In this document: in pieces, positions 1 to 13,177 of the stretch | Layout of the letters: the number at the start of each line of letters is the position of its first letter | Position numbering within the stretch: the stretch's first letter is position 1 | Source: Camelus ferus | Lineage: Eukaryota | NCBI RefSeq assembly: GCF_009834535.1 | Contig: NC_045696.1 | Span: forward strand, 3,722,001-3,786,000 | Direction: 5' to 3' | Length of the DNA stretch: 64,000 nt | Made by a program: the position numbers and the translations under genes | Notes under the pieces: generated by a model | The model's input: the letters and a program-made list of their open reading frames with translations, nothing else | What the model was told of the DNA's origin: nothing | Databases searched by the model: none

Positions 1-916
1 CCCGGAGTTGGCCCTTGTTAACGTTACCAGGTTCGTGTTTCTTTGAAGATGTCTCTCCCTTGGAGGCTGTCGTGTCCTTGTCGTGGGCAGCATGTGCCGT
101 GGATTTTCCTACGTGGTGATGTTCACATGCTTGGGAGGCCCGGGTTCTAGGCTGGTCCACCGGCCGAGGTCGCCCATCCCTCAGGACAGCGAATAGATGG
201 GAAGGGCCCGCTCACCGTGGCCCAGGTCCACTCTGGCTCACGGCGTGGGATGGGCTGTGCTGTTCTAGGCTGCACAGCACTGCAGGCCCCCCTGTGGGCC
301 TCAGGAGGAGGGGGACCTGAACTCCGTCTGGCCCTGCCCCTCAGCATCCTCCCCCGTGGAGGGGGAGCTGGGACGACAGCACGCACATGGCTGTTTCCTG
401 CACCCTGACTTTGCCAGGCACAGCGCTCTGGCCGGTGGGGAAGTCAGGTTTCACGTCGGACACTAATTACAAGGTGTCCTTCAGGAGGTGTCGCTCACTA
501 ATAAGATTTTACCCAGGAGCTGGGAGTGCCGTCCACTAAAGTGAAGCAGGGAATTAAGAAAAAAGCGTCAAATTGGTGGTTCCCGGTCCGCCCGAGTTCT
601 AGCATGCCCAGAATCCTGTCTCCTTCTGGTGGGGTGCTGGCTCCACCGTTGCACTGGAACGCACCTGTCTCAGAGGCTGCTGCTGATCGCACCAGGTGCT
701 CGGACAGGTGTGTCCATAGTCCCATCTCTCTGAGCTGTCTTTTCAGAGTCACCGACTGTCGTTGGCCTGGCTGGGCTTTTATTTCAACTCATTCCCTTTC
801 CACTGTCCCTGCCACTCTCCTGACAGTCACGTGGGATGTCTGGAGCACGAGTCTGTCCCTCAGAGGACCGCAGTGCCTCTTCCTTCCAGCATCCTTCCCT
901 GGAGCACAGCCCTGCC

Positions 917-970
917 GTGGCCCTGGTGGGCAGGAGGGTGGCCCTGGTGGGCAGGGGGGTGGCCTTGGTG
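917..970. repeat. 21-bp G-rich tandem repeat, about 2.6 copies
   Basis: gtggccctggtgggcaggagg / gtggccctggtgggcaggggg / gtggccttggtg. Confidence 0.8.
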
Positions 971-3548
971 CTGGGGGCCTCCATGCCTGGCACGTGGCAG
1001 TGCTCGGTGAGGGCTGGGGCCGGGGGTATTTTGTGGCCTGTCACGGTCCTGTCGCCCACACCAGGACGGGGACCCTCGCCCAGGGCTGGCGCACAGCAGG
1101 GAGGCGCGTGCTGCTTGCCGGGCACTAGGCTGCTCCCTGCGGGGGCCGCCTCTGCGCGGGCTCTTGAGGTCCCTCGGCTTGAGTGCTTTCTCCTTCCTCC
1201 GCGTGTTGGCACCCGGCGTGGCAGGCCTGACGCTTTGTGGCAGTTTCAGGAAGTGGGTGAAGATTCCTTAAAGGACCTGGGGTAGCCAGGAACAGTCTCC
1301 ACTGACGGGGAGGGGGTGACACTGTAGCTTTGAGGGGGTGGCACCCGGCACTGGCCCCAGGTTCCTGAGAGCCCTGAGAGGCTGGAAGTGCACTTTTCCG
1401 TGACGAGTCAGTCACACGCACATCCCCCTCAAACAGAAAATGTGTTTCCATGACGTGTTTGATCCTCAGGAGCCACTCATTGGCTGCAGAGGCCGGTGGG
1501 AATCTTTGAGTTTCTGGGCAGTTTTTAGTTAGCAGTTATTTGAAGCAATAAAACTTATAATCTGGAATCTTGAAATAAGATAAAAAGTTGTCACTCCACG
1601 ACCCTTTCCCCTGGTCCCTCAAGATGACGTTTTTGTTCTTAGGTAGGATGATTGGAACTGAAAATTTCACAGCAACCACCTATTTGCAAAATATATTAAA
1701 AGCACTTAATATGAAATTAATGTTTGATATTAAGTATACGAAATGTCACTGTTAAAATATTAATTTTTGTATCAGTAGTAAACCCTTTTTGAATTGATAA
1801 TGAAGTAACTGGATTTAAAATCTCAAGCTGCTTTTGTGGCCCAGTTCGGCCGCACCAGACTGTTCTCCAAAGAACACCAGGGATCCTGTTCTCAGTGGTC
1901 CAGAATGGCCTTTCTCGCCAAGGCGGCCCTGCCCTGCCCGGGCCCTTAATTGGTGTCATCCGGCTGGGCCTGGAGCGGGAAGGAAGGGCCGTGTCTTGGG
2001 GCCCCTGTGAGCTCTGGCTCTGGGCACCAGGGCAGATGCTCTGTTTAGAGAACTTGTTTGTAAATTATAGGCGTGCGCTGTTCACAGGGACTGCCACAGT
2101 GTCCCACAGTGTCCCACTGTCCAGAACCCCGGGGCACACAAGGCAGGCCCTCTGGGCAGGACGGGTGAGGAAGGGCAGGTGGAGAAACCCTGTAGGCCGG
2201 AGGGTTGGTGGCCATCAGAGAGCCCTGATTTCTGAGCTTGCATTTTGATGCCAGAGCTTTTGCATAGAATTTATGCTCATTTTCTTTTCACCAAGTGTAT
2301 CCTGAAGCAGCTGGCTGTATGTGAAAATGAGAGAAATAAAAAAAAAAAGGCTGCCACTCCAGAGAGGGGAGTCTGCAGCAGTGCCAAGATCCCTGCGTCC
2401 CAGGCTATCCTCATTTGTGAATTTAAACGGGTCATGCTGCCAGGAGTTTGGTTCTGAAACTTTCCCGCTCATCAGCCTGTTTCAAGCATTATCTCATGTT
2501 GCTCTGTCCCCGTCCCCGAGCCGCAGGGTCAGGGTGATGGGCTTGTTTGGAGAACTGGCACTTCCCTTCCTGGAATGGAAAGCTTCTCAAAGACCTGAGA
2601 AAAGACAGCTGCCGGGGGCCCAGAAGCGGCCAGGCTGCCTCAGTCTCGTGGGCCCACTCTCATGCTGGCTGCGAAATGGGGTCCAGGTCCTGTCTGGCAG
2701 GCTTTCTTCCCTGCCACCCCGCCCCCCACAGATGTGGTCAGACACCTCTTGAAGGACCGAACCCCTAGTCATAGATTCTCCGTGTTTGGTGGTGATGATG
2801 CCAGGCCTTGGGCTCACCTGGTAGGCAGGTGTGCCTGGAATTAAAGGCCTGACTCAGCCGCATTTCCGATCACTCCAGAGGTGTGTCCTAGGAGGATCCC
2901 AGAGTTAATTAGAAGGCTTAGAAAGATCCACAAGCCTTGCAGGAAAATTTATAAAGAGGCCGTTTTCCACGTGGATCCTGAGCCCCTTAATGCCCATGAG
3001 TGTGGCCTAATCCCACACATGGCCTCACTGCCTCCAAGGGCTCTGGTTTACCCCCGGAGGTGGGGAGCTGGGGGGTTGGGGGCTGTGACAGCCTGACGTC
3101 CCCATCGTGGGTTTCCCTGAGCCTTCAGAACACCTTGGCCTAAGGAGACAAGGAGGCGGAGGTGTGGGGGGCCCGAGCTGGGGGGTGCAGGTGCCATGGA
3201 AGAGATGTGTCAGACCTGTTGTTTGGCTGCTGTGGGTTCGGAGCCAGCAAGTGTCTGTTTGCATGATGTTCCAGGTGGAGGACAGAAGGACCCACCGAGG
3301 TTGTCAGTGTGTTTTGCTCACTTTAAAGGGCTTCTGAAGGCACATTTCCCTTTAAAGAACATGCTGCCACCTGCCTTCTCCCCAGCTGCGGGACTGCACA
3401 ACTGGTTTGTCTGAACACCTGAAAACTCCAAGGCTTGCTTCCTGCCTTTGTGTGACTCGGGCAGCCAGCCGCCAGGGCAGACGTAATGCCCGACAGACAG
3501 ATGTAAGGTTGTAATTCATGAGTTCCCTCTCCCGGTGAACTCCTTTAA

Positions 3549-4121
<573 letters not shown>

Positions 4122-4941
4122 TGACAAGAGAAAGTCCTCTGCTGTAGGCGCATCGGGCCTCGCGTGGAGAACGTTAATTGTTGGTGCGGTTAGAGCCAGG
4201 CCCGCCACCAGGTGGGCAGCTCCTGCGCTGCGAAAGCTTCGGTGTTTTCAGGAAACATGGACTTTGTAGCTCAGCTCCTGGAAGAATGGCTGCTTTAAGT
4301 GGTCTGTGTGTCTGTCTGCGTGTGGAGTCAGGCTTCCAAGTCCAGTCCCCTCTGGCCCAGAACTGACACTTCCTAAGGTCACTTGCCTGGGACAGCGCAG
4401 ACAAGCTAGAGGCCATTCACTTACTAGTGTCGGGGATCTCTGTGCTGGTGAACACTCATGAATCACTGGTGCCTTCCTTCCCCAAACTGCAAAGGTCTTA
4501 ATCCCTCCACCTTCGTGGAGAAGAAACGCGGGAGGGCGGGTGCGAGCACGCAGTTAAGACCCTCGTCGGGGTTCTTGTCCCACCTGGGTGACTGTCACCC
4601 TAAGCTCTGCCTTTGTGTCACCGCCACCCCAGAGTCCTGGCCGACTGGTTTGAGCACAAATGCTGTGCGTGTGCATAGCTAAGTCCTGAGCTGTACGTCT
4701 GCTGGCAAGCGGTGCACTGGGTGCTGGTCTTAGCTTGTGGGGTGTGGGAAGGACGAAGGTCTCTGTTTATTTCAGAGTTGAGAATTTCAACTTTAGAAGT
4801 TGCAGATTTCAGTGAACCTTCAGTGGGGAATTCTCTCCTCTTCATAAACAGCTGCTCTCAACCCTGTACAGGCTGGTAGCTCAGTGTTTGGAGTTCTGGT
4901 TTTGTTTTTTATAAAAACTTCCAGATTGAGCTCTTTCTGGA

Positions 4942-5004
4942 AGAGGAGTTTCCTCCCCTCGGCCAGGCAAGCACCGTTCTGATTTCTGTCCTCCCAAGTT
5001 TCAG
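4942..5004 (+). repeat. 63-bp direct repeat, copy 1 (intron 3)
   Basis: Identical base for base to 6106-6168. Confidence 0.95.
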
Positions 5005-5518
5005 GGTCGTTTTACATATTACATGCAAGTCTAATTTCCAGCAACCATAAAGGGCTCTGGGAAGCCCAGCTGGCCACCCCTGCTCTCTTCCACGCACTTT
5101 GATCAACGGTCCTCGGATGGCATCTTATTGGGCAGGTTACATGAGACGCCCAGAGCTGCAGTCAGCATTCTGACGCCCAGTGTTTGCGAGAAGATGGTGC
5201 AAATGAGGCCGACACGGCCATTCTCCCCCTGAGCTGGTGGTCCAGGGACGGGGCGGCTTTCTTCTCAGGGTCCCTTCCTGCTGCTCGGACCGACAGCTCT
5301 CTGGGTGGGGTTTTGTCTGTCCTTTGACATCCGAGATTTCACCATGCCTTGTTCCACGGTATGAGTATTTGCCTGTTTAAAAAAGTTCACAGAAAGAATC
5401 GTGGTGTCCCCTCACCTTCTCGAAGTCTCTGGGGTGGTTTTCCTCATGCTTGTTGCTGTGTGCGGGAGCCTCTGACTTCATTTGAGGACCTGACCCTGAC
5501 ATGCCTGTTTCCTTCCAG

Positions 5519-5568
5519 CTTTGCCATCGTGATCTGGGGTGTGCTGACGCAGAAGAAACCGTTTGCAG
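5519..5568 (+). CDS. RIPK4: RIPK4 exon 4 (50 nt): kinase subdomain IX
   Basis: Boundaries ccttccag|CTTTGCC and TTTGCAG|gtgagt. Encodes (S)FAIVIWGVLTQKKPFA(D), phase 2 in and phase 1 out. Confidence 0.96.
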
Positions 5569-6105
5569 GTGAGTGGACGTGTCTGGGGTGGAGGGTGGCA
5601 GGGTGCACCCGTCTCTCCCAGAGCAGTGGGGGGCGTGATTTGTGGTCCTTTCTCTGTGTGAGAGGTGCCTGCACACCACAGCCCCACGGTGGGAGCTGCT
5701 CTCGGCCGGGGAGCCAGCGGGCCATCCTGCAGGATGCAGGCTCCTCTGCCCCACCCAGCAGGTCTGCATGGAGAGCCAGGACCCACCTCATCACAGGCTT
5801 TTCTAGGTGCCAGCAAAGCACCCTCATGGTGCATTTCACATGCAGGAAAAGGCACGGACCTGATGGGGTCTGTTCAGGGACCGTGTTAGGTATCAGCCAG
5901 CTCTGTTCTGTGTGTGCGATATAATACACGTAACGTGATTTTGTCTGTGTCCAGGAATTTTTTTTTAATTTTCTCATCTTTAATTGTACAGTATGTACAA
6001 TATACAAATTACTGTCTTAACTGTTTTTAAGTGGATGGGTCAGTTGGGTGAAGCCCACTCACATGTCGAGCGGCCGGTGTCCAGAATCGTGGGGTGGGTG
6101 TTGAC

Positions 6106-6168
6106 AGAGGAGTTTCCTCCCCTCGGCCAGGCAAGCACCGTTCTGATTTCTGTCCTCCCAAGTTTCAG
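6106..6168 (+). repeat. 63-bp direct repeat, copy 2 (intron 4)
   Basis: Identical to 4942-5004; adjoins an old antisense L1 3'-end-like remnant (~5960-6100). Confidence 0.95.
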
Positions 6169-7690
6169 TCCCTTGACTTGGTTGATTGGAAAAGTTAAGT
6201 ACTTTTTCTCCTCATTATAGAAAGATTTCCATTTCTTCTACAGGCATTTCTGAGCTACTCACTAGTTTCTGGTTGGACCAAAAATGTCTGAAAATGCCAG
6301 TCAGAGTCAGTGTGTGGCCCCAGGGCTGCTGGCCCTGGTGCAGAGCAGGAGCCAGTGCGGGGTTTGTCCTGCCGCCGCCTCTGCGGAGGTCCGTGGTCTG
6401 GACTCGCTAGCGCCGTGGCCGGTGGGCCAGCCTGCAGCCGCTCTCTGAGGGTTTCAGCACCGCAGTCGGGCTCAGGATGGGAGCCTGGGGAGCCGAGGCT
6501 CCCGTGCCTTATCAGCTTGGCAGGCGGGGTGGCCAAGGCTCAAGGAAGCAGCTCGTGAGTCTCTCCCGCCCGTGTTTGCCAGCAGACGCTGCCAGGTGCC
6601 TCGGGTCCTTTCACTTATTCAGAGGACCCGTTGGAAGTCTGAGTTGTGGTGGAAACCATGTATAGGTAATTATTGCACAAGATTTAACGGGAAAGTGGAA
6701 CAGAACATCGGAATAGAACCTTGGCAGCCGTCCGTGAACTTTGGGCCAATTTTCCACCCCTGCTGACTGGCGTCTGCTGCCTCTTGGGAGTCCCCGGCCG
6801 TGGGCGTGTTGGGAACAGAAGCCACAGTCCAGCTTGGTGGGCGGCGTGGCTTTAGGCTGAGCGAGGTCTGTCCACTGAGGGTCACCTTGGGCCCCTCGTT
6901 CTGTAACCATGACTGTGGTGAGGGGTCCACGCATGCTCATGCAGGGGTTGGAAAGGAGGACAGGTGGGGCCCACATAGTGAATTGCAGGGGGGAAGACCC
7001 CCGTCTGCACACCCCAGACCTGAAGAGGCCGGGAGTCTCGCACCGTCCCTGGGGCCGGCTCCCTGCGGAGCCCAGCGGGAGCCCTGCGCTTCGGGGTAGG
7101 AACTGAGGAAGACTTTTTCACCATTGCAGGGAGATCAGGCCACTTGGGGGCTGGGGGTGTGACGCCACGGTTTGTAAGTGCCCCTCCCTTTGGTTGTGCT
7201 GTGTGTTTTTTGCTGGTGTATCGCGTTTGATTCGGCCCTGATGCCTTGGGAGTTTTTCTGAGAAATGGGGAAGTAATGCAACATCAACTTATTAATATAC
7301 ATTTAAACACTAAGAAAAAAATGGCGGGGGTGGCAGGGCAAGGCTTCTTTGCCACCTGTCTCGTTAGGTAGTTTTCTCCTTTGCGCTTGGTTTTCCTCTG
7401 AGTTCGACGCCCAGAGAGGTCTGCCCTGTGATACGAGGCCGTGACTCCGTGTGGCCCATCACAGTTTCTAGAACCTGGGGAACAGAGGATAGACGTGCCC
7501 CGTGAGGGGAAGGATTAAAGAAAGCCCCGTGCTTTGAAAGGAAATGCGGTGTCTCCGCGGCGGGTGCCGGTGAAGACGGAGCAGGTGGTGCGCCCCACAC
7601 TTTCCCACAGTTGGCGCTTCCTCCCGAAGATAAGAAATCCGGCCTCCAGCCCCGCGGAGCTGCCCTGACTTGTGCGCCTTCCCTTTGCAG

Positions 7691-7849
7691 ATGAGAAAAA
7701 CATCCTGCACATTATGGTGAAGGTGGTGAAGGGCCACCGCCCGGAGCTGCCACCCATCTGCAGACCCAGGCCGCGCGCCTGCCGGAGCCTCCTGCGCCTC
7801 ATGCAGCGGTGCTGGCACGGGGACCCCCGCGAGCGGCCCAGCTTCCAAG
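7691..7849 (+). CDS. RIPK4: RIPK4 exon 5 (159 nt): kinase subdomains X-XI
   Basis: Boundaries ccctttgcag|ATGAGAAA and TTCCAAG|gtgagc. Encodes (D)[52 protein letters not shown](E). Confidence 0.97.
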
Positions 7850-8606
7850 GTGAGCGCCCGGGACCCCCGGAACAGTGCTGCTTGGCTGTTCTGCTGCTGC
7901 CCCAGGTGACAGAGCTGATGGCCGGGACTGGGGAGGCTGTCTGGAGACGGGCACCAAGGCGAGCCAGGCAACCAGGTGGTGGTCACCTGCAGCACCTGCC
8001 TGTGGTCAGCTCCAGCTGTCCACCCCGGCATTGCCTGCCGCCCCCAGGAGCCTGTACTTGGTGTTTCCGGTCCAGGTGCAACAACGCACCTTTTAGGGAT
8101 GACGTGACCACTGGCCTGAGGCTTTCTTTGCGTTTCTCTTGGGGCACATGTACTGTTTGGTTAGCAAAGTGCTCCTGATGTGGCTGAAATTGATCCCTGC
8201 CTTTGAAGCTCGCGGGGAAAACAGTGTGGACGAGGTGGGGGCCCCGCGTTAGGTGCTGGCGGCCCAGGCTATCCAGCTGCCACTCTGATGGCTCTGACCA
8301 ATGGGGCTCCCCGGAGGAAAGCTTCTTTGGGAAACAGGAACATAGTGGTTCTTCCTTGGAGTCTGGCCAGACCCTGCATGTTGTTGCTGGATGGGGGGCC
8401 CTGCTTCGGCCCAGGCAGAGGCCCCGGGGGTTTGCTGTGAGCTCAGGTGGGGCTGGCAGCATGGGGGGCTGCAGTGCTGACCCGGCAGGAGACTGGGCGC
8501 CTCTGGTGCTGCCTCTCTGTCCTCGGCCGAGGTCGCACGTTTAAATAGAGCATTCATGGAAGTCCTCGTCCAGGTGATACACCCTTTTGTGTTTTCTCCA
8601 CAAAAG

Positions 8607-8710
8607 AAATTACTTCTGAAACTGAGGACCTGTGTGCAAAACCCGACGACGAGGTGAAAGAGACGGCCCGAGACCCAGACGTGAGAGACGCGCCGGAGCC
8701 CGCGGGCGAG
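8607..8710 (+). CDS. RIPK4: RIPK4 exon 6 (104 nt): end of kinase domain and start of linker
   Basis: Boundaries ttttctccacaaaag|AAATTACT and GGCGAG|gtgagg. Encodes (E)[34 protein letters not shown]. It is not in the ORF track and was found by reading the sequence. Confidence 0.93.
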
Positions 8711-9191
8711 GTGAGGGGCTTCACGGGGCCTGGTCTCTGTAGCATCGGCTTCAGGGCTTGAGTCTCTTCTCTCTGCAAGCGCTCCTGCCCGTCTGGCCCG
8801 CTCTCCCCTGTCTGCCTCTGAGCCCCGTCCTGGGCCGGCCGGCCTCGTGCTTGCTTCCTGGGTGAGCCGGCTGCGGGGCCCTGTCCCAGGGCAGGAGGCG
8901 GGTCCAGGGCACGCTGGTTGCTGATCGGCCTCCTGCCCAACTGCGACCTGTCCCACCTCCTGTCTGTGGTTTCAAAAGAGCAGTGGGGCCCGTGCTTGGC
9001 ATTAAGTGCTGCCGGCTGGATGCTCTGTGAACCAGGGGAGCCAAAGGCCCTGCTGGGTCAGGCTCGGGGTGGGCCTGGGTGTCTTTGCGCCTTGAGGTTG
9101 GAGATCTGGCCGCCTCCTAACTGCTCGTGAATGTTTTGCTCTGTAAGTGCAATGTGGGTCATGTGAAGTGTGATAAGAAATTCTAATTATG

Positions 9192-9226
9192 CTCCCAGGT
9201 AATAAAATACCTCCCAGGTAATAAAA
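9192..9226 (+). repeat. 16-bp tandem duplication containing two AATAAA (intron 6)
   Basis: ctcccaggtaataaaa-tac-ctcccaggtaataaaa. Confidence 0.9.
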
Positions 9227-10074
9227 CTTGTAAAATGGAGCCTGATAAACTAACTTTATAAAGTGTCATCTGGCCTTACGGCTGGGAGAGAGCGAATCAT
9301 TTACTCGTTCACGGTGTGTCTGCTTTCTGAGCACGAAGGGGCGTGTGCGTGAGGTCAGAGGGCAAAGGTGTGGGAGGAGGGGACCTGGCCCCAGATGAGG
9401 AAGGGAGGGGCCAGCGAGTGGGTGTGACTCGTCACCATGCCACCCAGCGGGAGCAGATCCGCAGTTCCCAAGATGGGGAAGAAGTGGGGACAAGCGGGCA
9501 CAAGTAGGGAAGAGTCATGAGCCACACTCAGATTCTGAACCCTCACCAGAGGTCTGCCTTCCCCGCAGCCTGTTAGGAGAGAGCCTTTAACAGGGCCCGT
9601 TAGGACGCACTGGGTTGGAGCTCCGTGCTGGCCCCACAGCTGGGCCCCCACCCCAACCCTGGTCCACAAGCAACCCCCAAGCCAGACTCTCAGGGTTCAA
9701 GGGAGAGTCGCAGGTTGTCGGGGACCCAGTTCATTTCTTTCATTTCCTACCAGCGCTGACCTGTCCTGGGTGGCCCCAGCCAGCACTCAGGTTTCATCAC
9801 TTGGCAGCTTTTTCAGGTTTTGTCTGGATGACACTGTGGGCCTCACCAGCAGCATGATGCAGAGCGTCCCATTTTTGTCACTGTCTTATCTTAGAAGTTC
9901 CCCCATTGGGCGGACACAGCTCGGGGTCTCCGGCTCCCTGGAGCCACGCATATGGTAACAGGAGTCAAATTCCCAGTGTGGCTGGTGGGGGGCCCTCGGG
10001 TTTCCCCGCCATCCTCCGCACCCCCGTTGGGGCCCCGGAAGAAGCCTCACGCCCGGCCTCTGCTCCTCTTGCAG

Positions 10075-10315
10075 GCGCCCGTGCCCGCCCCGCCCTTCGA
10101 CAACGACTGCAGCCTTTCCGAGCTGCTGTCCCAGCTGGACTCGGGCATCTCCCAGACCCTCGAGGGCCCGGAGGAGCTCAGCCGCAGCTCCTCCGAATCC
10201 AGACTTCCTTCGGCGAGCAGCGGCAAGAGGCTCTCGGGGGTGTCCTCGGTCGATTCCGCCTTCTCCTCAAGGGGGTCGCTGTCCTTGTCTTTCGAGCGGG
10301 AGCCTTCAACGGGCG
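10075..10315 (+). CDS. RIPK4: RIPK4 exon 7 (241 nt): Ser-rich intermediate domain
   Basis: Boundaries ctcctcttgcag|GCGCCC and ACGGGCG|gtgagc. Encodes [27 protein letters not shown]...[25 protein letters not shown](D). Confidence 0.95.
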
Positions 10316-11992
10316 GTGAGCAGAGGACCCTTCCCCTGGGAAATAACAAGCTTAATTATGGGGCTGAGGACCAGGCAGGGCGTGTGACTGTTAAAGATCA
10401 GGCATCCAGTTTCTTGACCCGACAACAGTTCTTCCTTGTTTTCTCCATCCCTTCCCTCATTGGTTTTGGGTGTCAGTGCAAGCCCAGAGATGCTTGCCAG
10501 CAGGCAAGTGTCACTTAAGTGTACAGGGAACAGGCCACATCCCCTGGCTGTGCAGGAGGGTCTTACCTGTGCCAACACCCAGTGCAGGGGCTGACCTCAG
10601 GTCTGCAGGTTGAAGAATCTGGGTTGCATCGAGGGAGCCAGTGGCTGTATCGAACCCCACACCCTGGAGACCTCTCTGTCTTCTGATGTCAGCCCTGTCC
10701 CCCCTTTCTCAGGCAGTGCTAGGTGAACGCCCACTTTCTTACTCCTGGGCTCCCCAATGACTGGAGCCCTGCATGATGGTGGGAGAGTCATCCTTGGAGG
10801 CTGTAACTCCCTGGTCCTGTTTATACAGTTTGGATTTTATTTTCTGAAGGTGCCTCTTCCTGCCCCGCTCCAGGCACTGGTCCTGACGTGTGGGAACTGT
10901 CGCTCCTTCACTGCCCCTGCGAGGGCGAGAAGGGAGGTCTCCTTTCCAGAAAGAGAAAGGGATGTGCGCCCCCAGGGCCGCCGCGCAGGGGCGGCCAGCA
11001 GGTTGCGGGAAGGCCGCGGCCCCCAGGAGGAAGAGGAGTTGTTTTTTCTGGGGGATCAGGGGATTCCCCCTGGAACGAGGATTTCTGCTAGATGCCATGG
11101 GCCTCCTGGGATTTTGGAGTGGAGGGTTTGGGATGAAAGAGGGCACTTCAGGTTGAGGGAACACCTTGCAAAGACACAGGTAGGGAAGGCTCAGCTGGAC
11201 TGGCGGTAAGCAACCAGCAAGGAGGTTGAAAAGAAAGAAGTACCATCTCCCCTGTGGAGAAGAGTGTAGAACTTCGTCTCAGGGCCTGATACCCTCAGTG
11301 ACATGTTGTCTTCGTGCTTAGAGCAGATCAGTCACAGCCCAACTCAGCAGCCGGTGTGAGAACCCCAAGTCCAGATGGGGTGACTCCCATTTCCTCAGTG
11401 CACCCCCGCCGACCCCTCTAATGCAAGGCCCCTTGAGAATGTTTCACGGAAGGGCATCTTGTTTCATGCAAATTAGCACCCAGACAAGGTTGTGGGATTT
11501 TTTATGTTAAATCAAACCTTTCCATCATGAAATGGGAGGCTCAGTCCTTCAAGGGTTATTCCAGAAAACACGCCTTCGTGATATTGCTGGAACAAGTGGC
11601 ATTGTTTGGAGGTTGGGCAGGGAGCAGACTGTGGGCTCTGGAGGGGTGCCCCGGGGTGGGAGCTGCCAGCCCTCTGGTGGGTGGGGGGCTCCTGCCCAAT
11701 CTGTGCGCCTGCCTGCCCGCCCTCCCTCCCTGTTAGCCATCACTGCCATTTCTGAGCAGCAGCAAGGGCCTGAGTTACACATCCTTTAATCACAACCCAG
11801 CGGGATGGCTAGAATGAGTTTTATCTTGCAAATTGACAAAAGAGCACCTTGGGGACTTTGATTGGCCTGCCCAGGATCTCCCCAGTAGATCTTAAATTAA
11901 ATCAGAGTGGCCAACACAACAGTCGAGCAATTTCAGTAGACCACGGGGCAGCGTGGGCCACGTCAGGACAGCAGCCAGGCCTCGAGACCTGA

Positions 11993-13177
<1,185 letters not shown>

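Noticed and set aside
4203..4220. CTCF-like motif ccaccaggtgggcagc (also ccaccaggggcc at ~25041)
   Set aside because: Each mismatches the core, and such matches are expected by chance in GC-rich DNA.
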